Notes: generated by a model not told the origin, from the sequence alone. DNA of 64,000 bases from a virus (IMGVR_UViG_3300045988_058602:90765-154764), one strand, 5' to 3'. Counted from the first letter of the stretch, positions 47,188-61,337 are shown. A program made the numbers and translations.

Positions 47188-48102
47188 ATGGACAAAAGTA
47201 AAATTACAAAACAAAATGGGAACATAGCTTTCGAGGAGGAGGCTCATATTTATTATGATGTTACAGAGCCTGAACAGAAATTTATATCTGTGACGACTTT
47301 AATACATTCTTTCACCCAACCCTTTGACAAAGAGTTCTGGTCAGCCTATAAAGCATTAGAGAAACTTCTGTCTAAAGAAGATTGGGCTATTGAGAAAAAG
47401 TCATTACTGAATACTAAGAAATTTGACAAAGTTCTACTTGAGCTTCATAACATTACAGAAGACGAGTTTAATAAGGAACAACAAGCTATCTTAGATGCGT
47501 GGGATTTAGAGAATAGGAACTCTTGCGAAAGAGGAACTAAGATTCATGCAGATTTAGAAAACTCTTTTTACAAAAAGAAGAAGAACATAGACCTTAGTAA
47601 ATATCAAATAGGTGGTAAGTTTGAGTGTGTAAAAGACCATAATGAATTAGATTTAGAGAATGGGGTATATCCTGAGTATTTAATATCTAGAGTATCGGAA
47701 GATGGAAAACTTAGAATAGCTGGACAAATCGACCTACTAGTTAAAAGAGGTAATAAGATAATTATAGGAGACTGGAAAACTAATAAGAAGATAGAAACCA
47801 AGAGTTTCTTTAATTCTAAAACCAAATCATCAGTTAAGATGAAATATCCTCTAAATAATTTAGATGATGTTAATTATTGGCATTATGCACTTCAATTAAG
47901 TACTTACGCCTGGATGATACAAAAAAAGAATCCGGAGTTTGAGATTGAAGATTTAGTATTAGTTCACTTTGATCATAGTGATAATATGACAGTATATCAT
48001 CTACCTTACCTAAAAGATGAAGTAATTAGAATGCTATTGTTTTATAAAAAAGAATCTGTACTAGCTGAAAACAAAAGAAAACGTCAACGTATTGAATATT
48101 AA
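47188..48102 (+). CDS. PD-(D/E)XK nuclease of the RecB/Cas4/YqaJ exonuclease family
   Basis: GQIDLLVKRG...IIGDWKTNKK (D...DWK) and QLSTYAWM (QxxxY) motifs. Confidence 0.6.
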   Translation: MDKSKITKQNGNIAFEEEAHIYYDVTEPEQKFISVTTLIHSFTQPFDKEFWSAYKALEKLLSKEDWAIEKKSLLNTKKFDKVLLELHNITEDEFNKEQQAILDAWDLENRNSCERGTKIHADLENSFYKKKKNIDLSKYQIGGKFECVKDHNELDLENGVYPEYLISRVSEDGKLRIAGQIDLLVKRGNKIIIGDWKTNKKIETKSFFNSKTKSSVKMKYPLNNLDDVNYWHYALQLSTYAWMIQKKNPEFEIEDLVLVHFDHSDNMTVYHLPYLKDEVIRMLLFYKKESVLAENKRKRQRIEY

Positions 48103-48104
48103 TT

Positions 48105-48320
48105 ATGACATTAGAAGAAATTGAAGAACGGTGGAAAATATGTAGACGATGTCCTATATGCGACCAAGATAATGGATTATGTAATGGAAATTTATATCTA
48201 AATCCAAAAAATAATGATATAAGTATAGGACCAAAAGAAGGTTATATAAAAGGATGCGGATGTCTACTAGAGAAGAAGATTCCAAACGAGAAAAAACATT
48301 GTCCTGCAGGGAAATGGTAA
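48105..48320 (+). CDS. Cys-rich zinc-finger protein (71 aa)
   Basis: CRRCPICDQDNGLCNG...CGC...HCP. Confidence 0.4.
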   Translation: MTLEEIEERWKICRRCPICDQDNGLCNGNLYLNPKNNDISIGPKEGYIKGCGCLLEKKIPNEKKHCPAGKW

Positions 48321-48637
48321 TGTACGGAACTCCCGTGCTGTATAGACCCGATAAGGCTTATGTACTTACTTATCAGGAAACAAAAGAAGAAAGTAGAGAA
48401 GATATGACAGAAAAATGGATTAAGGCAATATTTACTAAGCCTCTAACAATATTAAAGAGTATATATTTTAATATATTCGGAATAAATCAAGATTTAGCAA
48501 CCAAGAGATTAAAGATTTGTAATACTTGTCCTCACAAGTTATATACTTCTGTTGGAGAAGTATGTGAGGAATGTGGTTGTATATTAGAGAATAAAACTAG
48601 AATAGAAGATGAACATTGTGATTTATGTAAATGGTAA
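48254..48637 (+). CDS. Cys-rich zinc-finger protein (127 aa)
   Basis: CNTCPHK...CEECGC...HCDLC; overlaps the previous ORF in another frame. Confidence 0.4.
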   Translation: MRMSTREEDSKREKTLSCREMVMYGTPVLYRPDKAYVLTYQETKEESREDMTEKWIKAIFTKPLTILKSIYFNIFGINQDLATKRLKICNTCPHKLYTSVGEVCEECGCILENKTRIEDEHCDLCKW

Positions 48638-48645
48638 AATGAATT

Positions 48646-49371
48646 ATGGAAAATTTAAGAACAGAATTAAACAGTAACGAGAAACTAGCCTTATCTTTGA
48701 CCGGAATGGAAGGAACAGGAGAACACTTTATTTTAAATGGTGAAGCTGCAGATAAGACATTACTTAGAGAGAAACAAGAAAGATTTAATACAGCGGTAGA
48801 TGAAATAAAAGATAAATTCTCAAAACATAATAAAGCTTTAGAGGATTATGCTAATTCATTATCAGAAGATATGAATGGTGTAGAGATTATGCCTATGTAT
48901 GGGTATGCTCTTATCAAGCCGTTTGAACAGAACCCATTCCAAAAAATTAAGACTACTAAATCAGGATTAATTACAGACTTAGGAGGGTTTGCTCCAACAT
49001 ACAAGTCTAACGAGACTGGAGAAATTGAGGAAGAACAACAGTTTATCAAGGTAGGTACTGTAGTAGAGGTAGGCCACAAGTGTGAGTTCTTAAAGCCTGG
49101 TGATATTGTATTCTATACTATAGCTAGTGAATGTATGGTTCCATTTTACAAACTAGGATTCGTAGTAGTTAATGAGAATAGAATCATGGCTGTAGTTAAT
49201 GAGAAACTAACTGAAAGGAGAGACCAAATTAAGCAATCTCAAGACTGTATAAATGTAGATATAGATAAGATCCCAAAAGAGCTTGGAGATAGCTTACCTG
49301 AGAGAATAAAGAATTGGATGGAATACAAAAAGATAGGAATTAATTTACTTAGAGAGGATGGAAACAATTGA
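48646..49371 (+). CDS. hypothetical protein (241 aa)
   Basis: Intact standard-code ORF. Confidence 0.5.
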   Translation: MENLRTELNSNEKLALSLTGMEGTGEHFILNGEAADKTLLREKQERFNTAVDEIKDKFSKHNKALEDYANSLSEDMNGVEIMPMYGYALIKPFEQNPFQKIKTTKSGLITDLGGFAPTYKSNETGEIEEEQQFIKVGTVVEVGHKCEFLKPGDIVFYTIASECMVPFYKLGFVVVNENRIMAVVNEKLTERRDQIKQSQDCINVDIDKIPKELGDSLPERIKNWMEYKKIGINLLREDGNN

Positions 49372-49426
49372 TGAGAAAGTTTATTTCAAACCTGGGGATT
49401 GTGTTACTTTACGGTAGTGTAAGGTA

Positions 49427-49579
49427 ATGCATTCTCCAGTAATGCTTGTTCTGAGAAGGGAATCAGCATTATTTAAAGATAACCAGGGATTGCGCGGACT
49501 TAGATGTAGATGGTTTACTGATTCTGGACTGATGCAAGAAGCAGTATTTAATACAAAAGACTTAATTAAAGTAGAAGAA
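49427..49579 (+). CDS. small protein (50 aa)
   Basis: MHSPVMLVLRRESALF...; ends TAA 2 nt before the next ATG. Confidence 0.3.
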
Positions 49580-49581
49580 TA

Positions 49582-50796
49582 ATGGCGAAAATACAATTTG
49601 ATCCAGAGTTAATGTAGCATATCAAGACTATATATGGAGACGCAGAGTTAGACGGAAGAACTTTACAACAGTTGCATTAGACTTGGCAAAGTAATCCGAA
49701 CTCTATTAGAAATACTGCATAGTAGAAGAAAAGAAGTGCTGTGCCAGCTATACAACAAAAACCTATATTAGGATTAAAGCCGTCTACTCCTACTATTCCT
49801 AAGAAAATAAATGCACCTTAGCAACAAATTCAAAACGACGACTTAAGAGGAGTCTAGGGGTTTGGTACAGCATTTAGAGAAGCCAGAAAGAGAGGACTAA
49901 CTCAATTCAAATGGGGGAAAGGAGTGTATGGAACATAGTTAGCTAATGGAAAGAAAGCAACAGTAGAGGTAGGAACTCCAGTAATGAATAATCCCTATGT
50001 TACATATAGTCAAGACGGAAAAAGAGCTACTACGTACCAAAATCAAGTAGACTAGGAAACTGGAGAGCATACTGGAACTATCCAAGAACAATGGATAAAG
50101 CCGCCTACAACTAATATGTATGGGCAGAAACTAACTCCAGAATAGCTCAAAAATTAGAGAAGTTGGGAACATATACCAAAGGCAACTGCTAGATAGCAAC
50201 GAGTTAAATATCAACAAGGAGGAGCAATGGCTAATTAGGAAGAATTACAAAAAGCATTTATGGCATACTTAATACAGGATGCCGCAGCACAAGGAATACA
50301 ATTACAATCTGAGTAGGATTTAGAACAATATGCTCAGCAATTAGGAGAAGACGGAATTAAAGCCAAATACCAGGAATTTATGCAAAAAATGCAAGGTGGA
50401 GTTATGGCTAGATTAGGAGCTAAGCTTGAGTACTATAAAAAATTAAAAGGAGTTTGCCCAGAAGGGGAAGAACTTGTTTATTTTAAACAAGGAGGTAGAA
50501 TTTGTAAAGCCTGCCAGAAAGCTTAGAAAGGTGCTAAGGTAAAAGGTAACGAGGTAGACAAATTTAAGAAAGGAAGAGCACAGTATAAGAAAGATATGAA
50601 ATCAGCGAAAGATGAAGCTTCCAGAGATTCTATATCTATTAATAAATATAATGATTAGGAAACCATGTCTAATAAAGGACATAAAGGAAACTTCCAAAAG
50701 GGAAAATGGGTTCCTGATAGAAAGCAATATACTAAAAAGGATGCTTGTGGCTCTAAAATGAAAGTAAGCAAGTGTGGCTCTAAAATGAAGAAGTAA
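49582..50796 (+). CDS. late protein (404 aa), TAG-recoded, Gln-rich
   Basis: Single frame from ATG 49582 to TAA 50794 with about 20 in-frame TAGs and no TAA or TGA. Confidence 0.55.
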
Positions 50797-50829
50797 GAAA
50801 AGATTGTCGAATGTTAATGATTAATGATT

Positions 50830-51390
50830 ATGAATGTATTTAACTATAACACTTTAACTAAATAGTTAGAAATAAATGAACCAGAGATTCTTCTAGTTAA
50901 AGAGTTTAAAGCTTTACTGCAAAGAGATAAATCTGTGGAAAAGGATAGAGCAATTAGAGAACTATCATACATTTATTTAGCTATTGATTGGAAGAGTCCG
51001 TATAGCTAGTACTCTGAATATGAAAGGCACGATGAAGCAATTAATGATTCTGGATTAACAGAATCAGAATTTAATGATCCGATATTTAGGGAAGCATGTA
51101 GAAAATATAGAGCATTATAGGACTCAAATAAATCAATTAAATTATTAGAAGCTGCTAGAAGAGCTGCTGACTAGTTTATTGATTACTTCGATACTATTGT
51201 AGACTTAAATGAACGTGACACTAATGGAAAGCCAGTATTCTCTGCTGAGAAAGTAATGAAGGAAATGGCTAGCCTTCATAAAGTTCACGAAGAATTAATT
51301 ACATTAGAAGATGAGGTTAAAAAAGAACTTACTGAATAGTCTACCGTTAGAGGAGGGGCTACAGATGGTTTTGATCCTGGAGAATTTTAA
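50830..51390 (+). CDS. putative small terminase / DNA-packaging accessory protein (186 aa), TAG-recoded
   Basis: Frame ATG 50830 to TAA 51388 with 6 in-frame TAGs; the call rests on its position directly upstream of TerL. Confidence 0.4.
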
Positions 51391-51392
51391 TT

Positions 51393-53753
51393 ATGCCAAG
51401 AAAGAAAAAGATATTACCTGATGAACTATAGACTATAGTAGATTAGGTAAGAGAAAAAGAACATAAAGAAGATGCTGTAGAGGCAAGAGAGCTAGTATAG
51501 AAAATAAGAGAAGAAAGGGTCAAAAGTGCAGACTATTGGGATGTCAAGAAAGGAGACAAGATAGATGTTTTTGACCCTACTTTGTCTTATGAGATAACTG
51601 GCTATAGACCTATTGATGAAACGCATGGTTTGGACTTTAATCCCGAATGGTTCACCGAAACCAGAGAAGTATACAGAAAGACTGGGAAGTATTGTCCCTA
51701 CTTAAAAGACAGTAAGAGATACAATGAATTTTGGAAAGAGTAGTACAGAAGATGTAAATATGGAATGACAGTTAATGGTTATACTATTACTGGAGATAAC
51801 TATTTCTTCTTAAATTTCTATTAGCTTCCTATTATTGATGATAATAAAGCATCCGGTGAAGGAACTAATAGTGACTTCCCTATATTCTTTGCATCCCATT
51901 ACATGTTCTTCCATTACTTACAAATGGCTAGAGTACTACATAGACATGCAGCTTTAATGAAGGCTCGTTCAATCGGATTCTCAGAAATAAATGCCTCACT
52001 ATCCGCTCGTATGTATTCTGTAATTAGAAGAAGTAGAGTAATGATTACTTGCTTTAATGATACCTTCCTTAAAGGTACATTTAGTAAGTTTGATAATGCT
52101 CTAACATTTTTAAATACTTGCACAGGTGGAGGATTCTTTAAGCTTCGTCTAATTGACCAGGATTTAAGAAAGAAGTCTGGTAAGTAGGTTAAAGTAAACG
52201 GATAGTTTGAAGATGTTGGATTTAAATCAGAAGTAGTAGGAATAAATGGAGCTAAACCATCTAATATTCGTGGAGACCGTGTTGACTTATTAATATATGA
52301 CGAAGCAGGGTCTTGGCCAGGATTAGATACTGCTGTGGTACAAGGACAAGAACTTTGTGAAGTCTAGGGTAAGCCTCGTGGAACAATGTTGTTTGGAGGT
52401 ACTGGTGGTGATATGGGTGCTCCATTAGCAGGTCTTAAAAAGATTTACTATAATCCAAAAGCTTACAAAGTTCTTCCCTTTAGACATAATTATACTCAAG
52501 ATGGGACTACTATTGAGAGTGGATTCTTTATTCCATATTTTGTACAGTCTTTGAACTCCGAATACATGGATCATAGAGGCGTATGTAATACCGTAGAATA
52601 TAAGAAGTATCTGTAGGAAGAAAGAGATAATCTATTAGCAGTACCCGATGACTATTTAAAGAAGTGTGCTGAACGTTGTTGGAATGCAGAAGAAGCCTTC
52701 AATCTAGAAGGTGTTAACAAGTTTAACAAAATTCTTATTTCTGATCAATTAGCTAATATAAGACTAAAGAAAATAGGTCCCAGACCAGAATGTGGTTATA
52801 TAGATTACTTCTATAAAAATAATAAACACACTGCTGATAACATTGATGGATTTAAGTGGATTCCTAATACTAAGGGAAAGGTAAAGATTCTGGAACATCC
52901 AGTATGGTCTGACCTATATAAGGAGTAGATGGATAAACTTAGATAGGAAGCAGAGGAAAGAGGAGAGGAATTTGAAGCACCTGTATATAAAGAAATGCAT
53001 AATCTTTATATTGCAGGAATAGACGGTATTGATATAGGAGCTAATTAGACCTCGAAGGAAACTAAAGATCCTTCTGACTTCTGTATAACTATTAAGAGAA
53101 GGGCATTTGGTATGAGTGAGCCATAGTATGTAGCAATGTATAAGGACAGACCTGGAGACATTCGAGAGGCTTACAAAATAGCTATGTGTTTACTTAGATA
53201 CTACAACTGTAAGGTAAATATAGAAGCAACTCGTGTTGGTATGATTACCTGGGCTAGAGAAAAGAAATGTTTGAATTACTTTATGAAACGTCCTAGAGCT
53301 ACTCTTACTGATGTTAAAAATGGAACTACTAAATAGTATGGAACTCCAGCTACTAAAACTATTATAGAACAACACACTGATCTAACTGCTGCGTTTGTGG
53401 AAGATTATTGTCATACTATATGGTTTGAAGAAATGTTGGAATAGCTTACTGGATATAATGACGAGAATAAAGGTAAGTTCGATATTATAGCAGCTATGGG
53501 TATGACAGAATTAGCAGATGAAGAGTTGTCTGGAAGATAGCCTATAGTTGTGGAAAAAGAAGTTGAATTGTTCAGGGATTTTGGTTATTATTACGATGAG
53601 AGAGGAATAAAAAGATTTGGAGTTATACCAACTAGCGAAACTCCAGAATTAAATATGCAAGACGATGAATACGATGACCCATACAGAATTGAAACAAGTG
53701 ATCCTAGAGTATATGAGAGACTTATACCAAATGGAATATATAGGCGGACTTGA
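51393..53753 (+). CDS. terL: terminase large subunit (TerL), TAG-recoded
   Basis: Frame from ATG 51393 to TGA 53751 joins the ORF-track fragments 51903, 52386, 53136 and 53550. It contains an ATPase Walker B motif DLLIYDEAGSW and a nuclease motif IAGIDGIDIG, with about 17 in-frame TAGs. Confidence 0.75.
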
Positions 53754-54009
53754 GATTGAGGATTTGAATCCAGTTGGTTACAAAATATCTTTTAACTTTG
53801 ACAGGTCTGAGATGCCATTAGTAATCATAGCTGATTTACCCGATGATGAATTTCTGCCTTTTATTAAAGAAGAATTAAGAAGTAGGAAGTTATAGAGAGT
53901 TAAGTATTATAACGCCACTAAGCTTCCTCCAGAACAACATAATACATGTTATGAAAGAGAAAGAATTGATAGACAAAACAAACGAGGCTATTGCGGAACT
54001 TGTGTATGA
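53665..54009 (+). CDS. possible small overlapping ORF (114 aa) with 1 TAG
   Basis: Alternative frame overlapping the TerL 3' end and the portal 5' end; uncertain. Confidence 0.2.
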
Positions 54010-56125
54010 TAAATATGAGCTTTAGAAAGCTTATAATTATTATAATGGTAAAAGAGATCCAGAATAGTTTCGCTATCTTGAAGAGAATTTTGGAATAGGC
54101 AGTCCTACATCAGTAGAATTTACACCACTACTTAAGAAGCATGTAGATGCTTTAGTAGGGGAATATCTAGGAACTCCAATACTCCCGAAAGTCTCTTGCA
54201 AAGATTCAGATACTATCAGTAATATAACCAGAGAAAAATAGCTAGAGATAACTAAAGGAATAGTTAAGTTTTTAAAAGATCACTTAAGTAATGCTATCTT
54301 AAGCTTTATTGACGGAAAAGATATTACTGATAAAGCTGTAAAGACTCAGCTAGATAAGGTTATATAGGATATTGATTAGTCATTCATTTCTCAGTATGAA
54401 ATTGCTGCGCAGAACATTATTCACTACCTAATGCAATCTAGGGAAACTGATCTTATTACTAAGTTGCGGTAGTTATTAACTGACTTACTAATTACTGGAT
54501 ACACATTCTTTAGAGTAAAGTCTTCTTTCTCCGGAACTAATGTGGAGATAGAGGTTCTTAACCCATTAAATACGTTTGTTGATAGAAATCCAGAATCTCC
54601 ATATGTCAAGAAATCATATAGAGTTGTTATTAGAAAATGGATGAGTAAAAGCCAAATACTAGCTAAGTATGGTAAAGAAATATCTAGGGAAGACTTAAAG
54701 AGGTTAAAAGATGAATGGAGAGCAGATGATTCTGCTGCCGTATACAGAAGAGTTTATGGAGATGTTTGTACAGTGGTTAATGAAGATCAAAATCATGAAA
54801 CCATTCCTGGGTATCCAGATAATGAATATAGTGCTCATAGATTTTAGTTAATTCCGGTCTACGATGTAGAGTGGATAGAGACTGATGATGATTTCAAAAT
54901 GCAGAGATACAATACTATAAGGATAGGAGAGGAAATCTATATTCTTAGAGGATTAGACAAGACTGCAATGAGGTCTAAAGACGATCCTAACTCTTGTTCA
55001 TTATCAGTAAATGGAGTTTATTTTCTAAATCGTTCTCAGTAGCCATATTCTTTAATACTTAAGTGTGCACATCTACAGGATAGATATGACTTACTTAACT
55101 ATTACAGAGACAACTTGATAGCTAATAGTGGAACCTCAGGAGTTATTATGGATATGTCATTACTTCCTACTAACTTAGGAGTACATTGGCCAGAAAGAGT
55201 ATAGAAATGGCTAGCTTATAAAAAAGCTGGTATTCAGTGGGTTGATACTACTTAGGAGGGTAGAAATGACAATGGAAACGCTCCTTTAAATACTATCTTT
55301 AATGGATTTGATGACACCCTTAAAGCGTAGGCTGTATAGGCTATTGAGTTAGCTATTCAATCAGTAGAATAGACTACATCATCTATAACTGGAGTATTTA
55401 GGGAAAGACTTAATGGAATAGAGACTCATGATGCTGTAACTAATATTAAGCAAGGAGTCGCTAACTCTTATATAGTAACTAAACACTATTTCCAACAAAT
55501 GGACTTGATAACTTGTGAAATATTATTAGATAGTCTTAATTAGGCTAAAGTAACTTACAAGAAAGGGTTAACTGGAACTATTATATTGGGAGATAAGTAT
55601 TAGTAGATATTTACTGCCCTTCCTGAATATTTCACAATGACTGATTTTGACATTCATATAACCTCCAGCACTGAAGTTATGGAAGATTTATAGACTATTA
55701 AAGCTATGATTCCGGAGTTCCTTAAGAGTTAGCAAATGGATGCTGGTATAGTTTTTGAAGCATTAACAGCTAAGAGTTTGACAGACTTAAAGTACAAGGT
55801 TAAAAAAGCTATGCAGGTTTAGAAAGAAGAGAACAATCAATTACAATAGTTGTAGTAGAAGTTGGAAGAAACTTCATAGCAAGCACAACAACTACAATAG
55901 GAATTGGAGAAAGCTTAGTAGAAAATAGAAAGGCTAGACGAACAAAAACTTGGACTAGAACAGTAGAAGATGCAACTAGAGTATAAGGTTAATTGGCTTA
56001 AAGCTCAGTCTGATTCTACTTACAAAGATAGACAAATGGATATTGAAGAGAAGAGAACTGAAATAGAGTTAGCATAGCTTCATGACGGAAATCCATATAA
56101 CGATAAAGTAAGACAAATACATTAA
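53951..56125 (+). CDS. portal protein (724 aa), TAG-recoded
   Basis: Frame ATG 53951 to TAA 56123 includes the fragment 54542-54847. N-terminal AYNYYNGKRDPEQF resembles the portal YYxGxQ motif. The C-terminal coiled coil becomes Gln-rich when TAG is read as Q. Confidence 0.6.
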
Positions 56126-56126
56126 T

Positions 56127-56996
56127 ATGGCTACAGCAGGTACAATAGTATATAATAAAGATTAGCAACAAATATATCCCATTTCTCATGCAGAGGTGGT
56201 AATTAGTAATGCTTCTGGAAGTAAGTCAGATGTAGAAGACAACCTTGTAAAATTATGGAAAAAGGTCTCAGAACTAAGTGGGGACTCGGAAGCAGCTAGT
56301 AATATCATGGTAGTAGTTACTTATTGTAAAACAAATACCAAAGATGAATCCGAAGTAAAAAAGTTGTCAACATGGAGTGATATTTTTGAACTACCAGACT
56401 CAGAAAGACCGTATGTTTGGAAGAAAACTCTATACACGTATAAAGGAGACACTGCTAAACTTAATGAGATTTACGAAATTGTTGCTACAGATATTGCTGA
56501 GAAAATTCAGAATATCTATATTGCAAGATCAACTGGGGTTGCACCAGTTATTACTTATCCAATACTAAAGGATGGATATGGAGATCCTATATTAGACTCT
56601 GAAGGAAATACTTAGGAAGATTTGACTGCCTTTGACAATAAATTACCAGAAGGCTGGTCAGAAACTCCAGTTAGTATTGGTCCAGCTACTCCATATGTAT
56701 TTATATCAACACGTAAGAGAGTAGAAGGATTATGGAAAAGATATTCTGAACCAGCTCAATACGGTAGGTGGGCATTTGACAGTTAGTTAGAGTTACGATA
56801 TACCATTACTTCTGGAGATAAACCAGCTGTTAATACTACAAGTGACGATCCTGGAAGTTAGTGGTCTAGCGATACTCCAGATAATTTTACTGGAAAAATG
56901 TGGATGATTACTGCAACATCAGTAAACGGAGTATTGAATAGTGATGAAAATAACGTTAGATGGCACGGTCCTCATTTGATGTCAATTATACAATAA
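56127..56996 (+). CDS. structural protein (289 aa), TAG-recoded
   Basis: Frame includes the fragment 56196-56615 and has 4 in-frame TAGs; TAA stop overlaps the next ATG (TAATGG). Confidence 0.5.
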
Positions 56997-57727
56997 TGGA
57001 ATTTAGTATTGATATACATACCCAGATTACTGGGGAAATAACTATTGAAGACTTCTCTAAAGAATATGGATAGTATATTGATGAAGATTTAGAAGTAGTA
57101 ACTTCTTACGACTCTTATAAGTATAGTGAGAGTGCTACTCTAAATACTATCATCAAGGTAAGTATAGGGGATGCCACACTAATAGATGTCCTTTTAAATG
57201 ACCATACAGAAGATTTAGATTCATGTACATTTAAAGTAAAAGAGGATGGATATTATGTGGTAGATCATATAATACTTCCTAATATGAAGTGGTATGAAAA
57301 TTCATCTGATGAATATAAGGAATACTACGAAACTATCTATGTTACAGATGGGGAGAAACTATATAAAGAAGTAGAAGGAGAGTTAGAAGAGTGTACGGTA
57401 AAGGAAATTCTAGAAAGAAACATAGAAGGCACTACTATCAAGAAGTGTAAGGTAGATGTATTCTTTACAGGGAATTTGCAATAGTGCTATATTAATTATT
57501 GTAAAAAATTATTTGACGGACTCCTAAATAAATGTGTTACCAATGAACATGAGGCAGATATTTTTGCCAGAGATTTTATTTGGATGACTCTCAACATTAT
57601 AGATTATTTAATAGGCTTTAAACAATTCATGGAAGCTGAAAGATTGCTAGCAATGTTCCGCACTTGTGGAGGATTCTGCAATACTCGCCATCATGGACAT
57701 AAACATATAAGTTGTGGATGCTCTTAA
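56996..57727 (+). CDS. hypothetical late protein (243 aa), TAG-recoded, Cys/His-rich C-terminus
   Basis: Frame includes the fragment 57257-57484; ends CGGFCNTRHHGHKHISCGCS then TAA. Confidence 0.5.
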
Positions 57728-57882
57728 AAGAAAGGCTATTAAAAGGTATGAAGAGTTTCTTGGAAGAATTAAGAAAGGATATAGACCAGATTATCAAGAT
57801 ATTTTGAATTTAATCTGTTTTATTAATCTACCTGTAAAACTAGATAATCACGAATTTATTAAATAGCAACTATTAAATCATA

Positions 57883-59469
57883 ATGATACAGCCTATTTAC
57901 ACTTCGGTAAGCAATGCTGACATAAAGCCTTGTGGAAAGAAAGGACATTTAATAAAAAGTGAGCCTATACCACTTCTGAGAGATAATTACTTAGGAGAAT
58001 ATAGAACAGAACTAGAAAGAGCTAAGGTTAGAAAAAACTTAGGAATTGCTGATGAGTAGAGTCTTCTTTGGGGAAACATTAGTGGAACTATAGAGGCCTA
58101 GAAAGACTTAGTTTAGTATATTGAACAAAAATGGACATATACTAGCGATGTTGCAGAGAATATTAACACTGTAAAAGATGCATTAGACTATGCATTGTTT
58201 TTTATTAGTTAGTATGAGGCTAATACTGAGGAAATAGAAGAGATAAAGGTTGATATAAGTAATATTAGGACTAGCATTTAGGTATTAGGAGAAGATCTAA
58301 AAAGAGAGATTGATACTAATAGGGAAGGACTAAATAACTTGTCTTAGGATATAGTTGAAATTAATTAGGCAATATCTAATATCAATGCTGCTATAGAAAA
58401 TATAGACGTTGATAAGAACATTCTTAATTGGATTAAAAACAATCTTTAGAACTCTAAGACTGTAGAGATAAAGGAAGATAATACTATAGAAGTTATTCTT
58501 TCTAAGCAGGATGATAATGCTATTCATTTAATTGAATAGGAATTACCTCCTGCAGAAGAAGGGGAACCTTCTACTATAACTCTTCCAGGAATCTATGTAA
58601 AGAATCTAGAACCTTAGTTAGAAGAAGCTTAGAAATCTATAGAAGAAGTATAGAAAGCTTAGGAAGAGACTAATGAAAAAGTTAGTACTAATAGTGAGAG
58701 TATTACAAATATTTAGACTAGTCTAGAAACTATAGCTACCTATTAGACAGAACTTCCGGATGATACAACTTCTACTGTTATAGAAGGTACTACTGTTGAA
58801 AAATTAAAAGGAAAACCATTTAATGAAATCATAGATACTTTACTATTCCCAACAGTAGTCAGAGATTTAATATATCCATAGTTGTATTATAGCTTTACTT
58901 CCCAAATTGTGGAAGTAGGAACCGCATTACTAAACCCAACCTTAACTTTCGTAAAAAATGATGCAGGAGAAGAAACTGACAGAGAAGAAGTTATTACTTA
59001 TAACGGTTCTCCTATAGAGTCTGCTACATATGATTCTATTGGAGTTTATACTCATTCTGGTACAGTAAACTATGCTGCTGGAGAATACCTAGTAAACAAT
59101 AAGGGAGAAATCACGGATAAGAGGGTAGAAGCTGGTTCTATATCAGCAACTGCACAAGTAACAGCTACTTATCCTTGGTATTCCGGAAATACTGATGGGC
59201 TAATAAAATAGTCTTTAGTTCCATTTAATTAGGCTTCTGGCACTATTACATTTTCGTTAAGCGGTAGGGCTATTATAAAACTACCAGGAAGTAATACTCA
59301 GCTAAATTCCTTCACAGTAGATGGAGGATTGGGATATTTGAATGTCGATCTGAATGGTTGGGAAGCTTCTACTGAACAAATAAATGGATTCCCATATAAA
59401 GTATGGACTAAGAAGGATACCTACTCTTCAGCACTACCTCACCAAATTAACTTTATTCTATCACAATAA
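57883..59469 (+). CDS. tail/structural protein with coiled coil (528 aa), TAG-recoded
   Basis: Frame includes the fragment 58882-59211 and about 20 in-frame TAGs; TAA overlaps the next ATG. Confidence 0.5.
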
Positions 59470-61337
59470 TGGCATTTAAATATACAGGTGATGCTACCCT
59501 AGGTGTTGGTTTAACCGTAGAAACTCCGAAGCCTCTGGATAATAGAACAGTAGTTGATAACCTAGAGGAGCTATATTCTATTCCAGAGAAATATGCTTAT
59601 TAGGGCATGACCGTATCTAATATAGATAACGGAAATATTTATATGCTTATTGATAAGTCTAAGATTAAATATAAAGAAGGATGGAAAGCGTCTTATGAAT
59701 CTATTCAGATAATAGCTTGTACAGAAGCTGAATATAAAGAATGGTCTGCTAATACTACAGAAGATTTTAAACCAATAGATGAGAATAAAACATATCTTCA
59801 CGCTGAAACATATTATTATATATATGAGGACAGCCTAGACGATAATTAGTTTTACCTATCAGCAGAATGGGGTAAGAAAATAGAAGAGTAGTTAAAGCAG
59901 AAAGCTCTTAATACTACAGTTGTATAGATTAGAAATGATTTAGACTAGACTATTTAGAATCTTTCTAAGTATGCAACATTAGAAGAATTAACTGCTAATT
60001 ATGCTCCTAAGGCGGACCTAGATTTGGAAGATCCAGAATCCCTTTTATCTAAAGCTCTGTCTAACCACTATACTAAACAGGAAACAGATGATATATTTGT
60101 TACTAAGGAAAGTCTTAGAGGGGAAGGAATAGAAGGAGATGATTTCGTCTTTGTTACTAAAAAGCAATATGACGAAGATTAGTAGGCTATCTAGAGCGAA
60201 TTAGATAAGACTTTAAAAGTAGATGGAGATGGTTCTCTGGAAAGTATTACTGTGGGACAGATAAAATCTCCAGTGATTGAAGGAGAGGATTAGCTAGTAG
60301 TAGATGTTAAATCAGACGGATTGTTTGTTGGAGAAGATCAATTTGCTATGATGTCTGATGTCCCAAATTTAGTTACATTAACTGAAGAGGAATATTTAAA
60401 ACTGGTAGAAGATGGTACTCTAGAACCTGACACATACTATTATGTGTATGACGTGACAAATGACGCTAAAGTCTATATTACTAAAGAGTATCTAGATTAG
60501 AATTACCATACTACTCATTAGTATTAGTCATGGGTAGCTACCAACTACTACTCAAAATCTCAGATTGATGAGATAGTTGCTGGTTTACAGAAACTTGGGA
60601 GCTACGTTACTACAGAAGATATTAAAGCATATTACACTAGTCAATAGGTAGATGAAAAGTTTCTTACAAAAGAGAATGCTCAATCTACATACGCTACCTA
60701 GTAGTCATTAACGGAGCTGTCTGGATAGATAGCAGAAGAGTATGTAACAAAGGATAGTTTGAGAGGAGATTCTCCCGAGACTGGTGATGATGACTTTATA
60801 TTTGTTACTTAGAATAAATATCAATAGGATTAGACTGCTGCTTCCCAAGAATTTAATACTAAGCTATTAAAATCAGAATAGATAGAAACTTCTGACATTA
60901 CTATTTAGAAAATTGTAGAAAAAGAAGTACAATAGGGAACAACTGAAGAAAGTCCAGGAGATATAGTAATAGAGCAAACTATTGAAAGCTCTATTAATCT
61001 TACTACTGAAGATAATAGGTTATTAGCATCAGGTAAACAAGTTGCTCTTATTGAAGAAGTTCCAAAATTAGTATGTTTACCCTAGACTGATTATGATAAC
61101 CTAGTTGAAAATAATAAGACAGAGAACGATACTTATTACTGTACTTACGGAGAAAAAGATATATAGGATACAGGATATGTTAGAAGCGAATATCTTACTG
61201 AAAAGTACTATACTAAAGCAGAGGTAGAAGCTTTGATACAGGAAGCTGTAAGCGAATTATAGAAAAAGATAGATGCAATATAGCCTGGTTCGGGCAGTGC
61301 ATCAGTAGATGAATCAAATGAACAATTAATATTTTAA
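59469..61337 (+). CDS. tail fibre/structural protein (622 aa), TAG-recoded
   Basis: Frame includes the fragment 59607-59849 and about 35 in-frame TAGs; TAA at 61335. Confidence 0.5.
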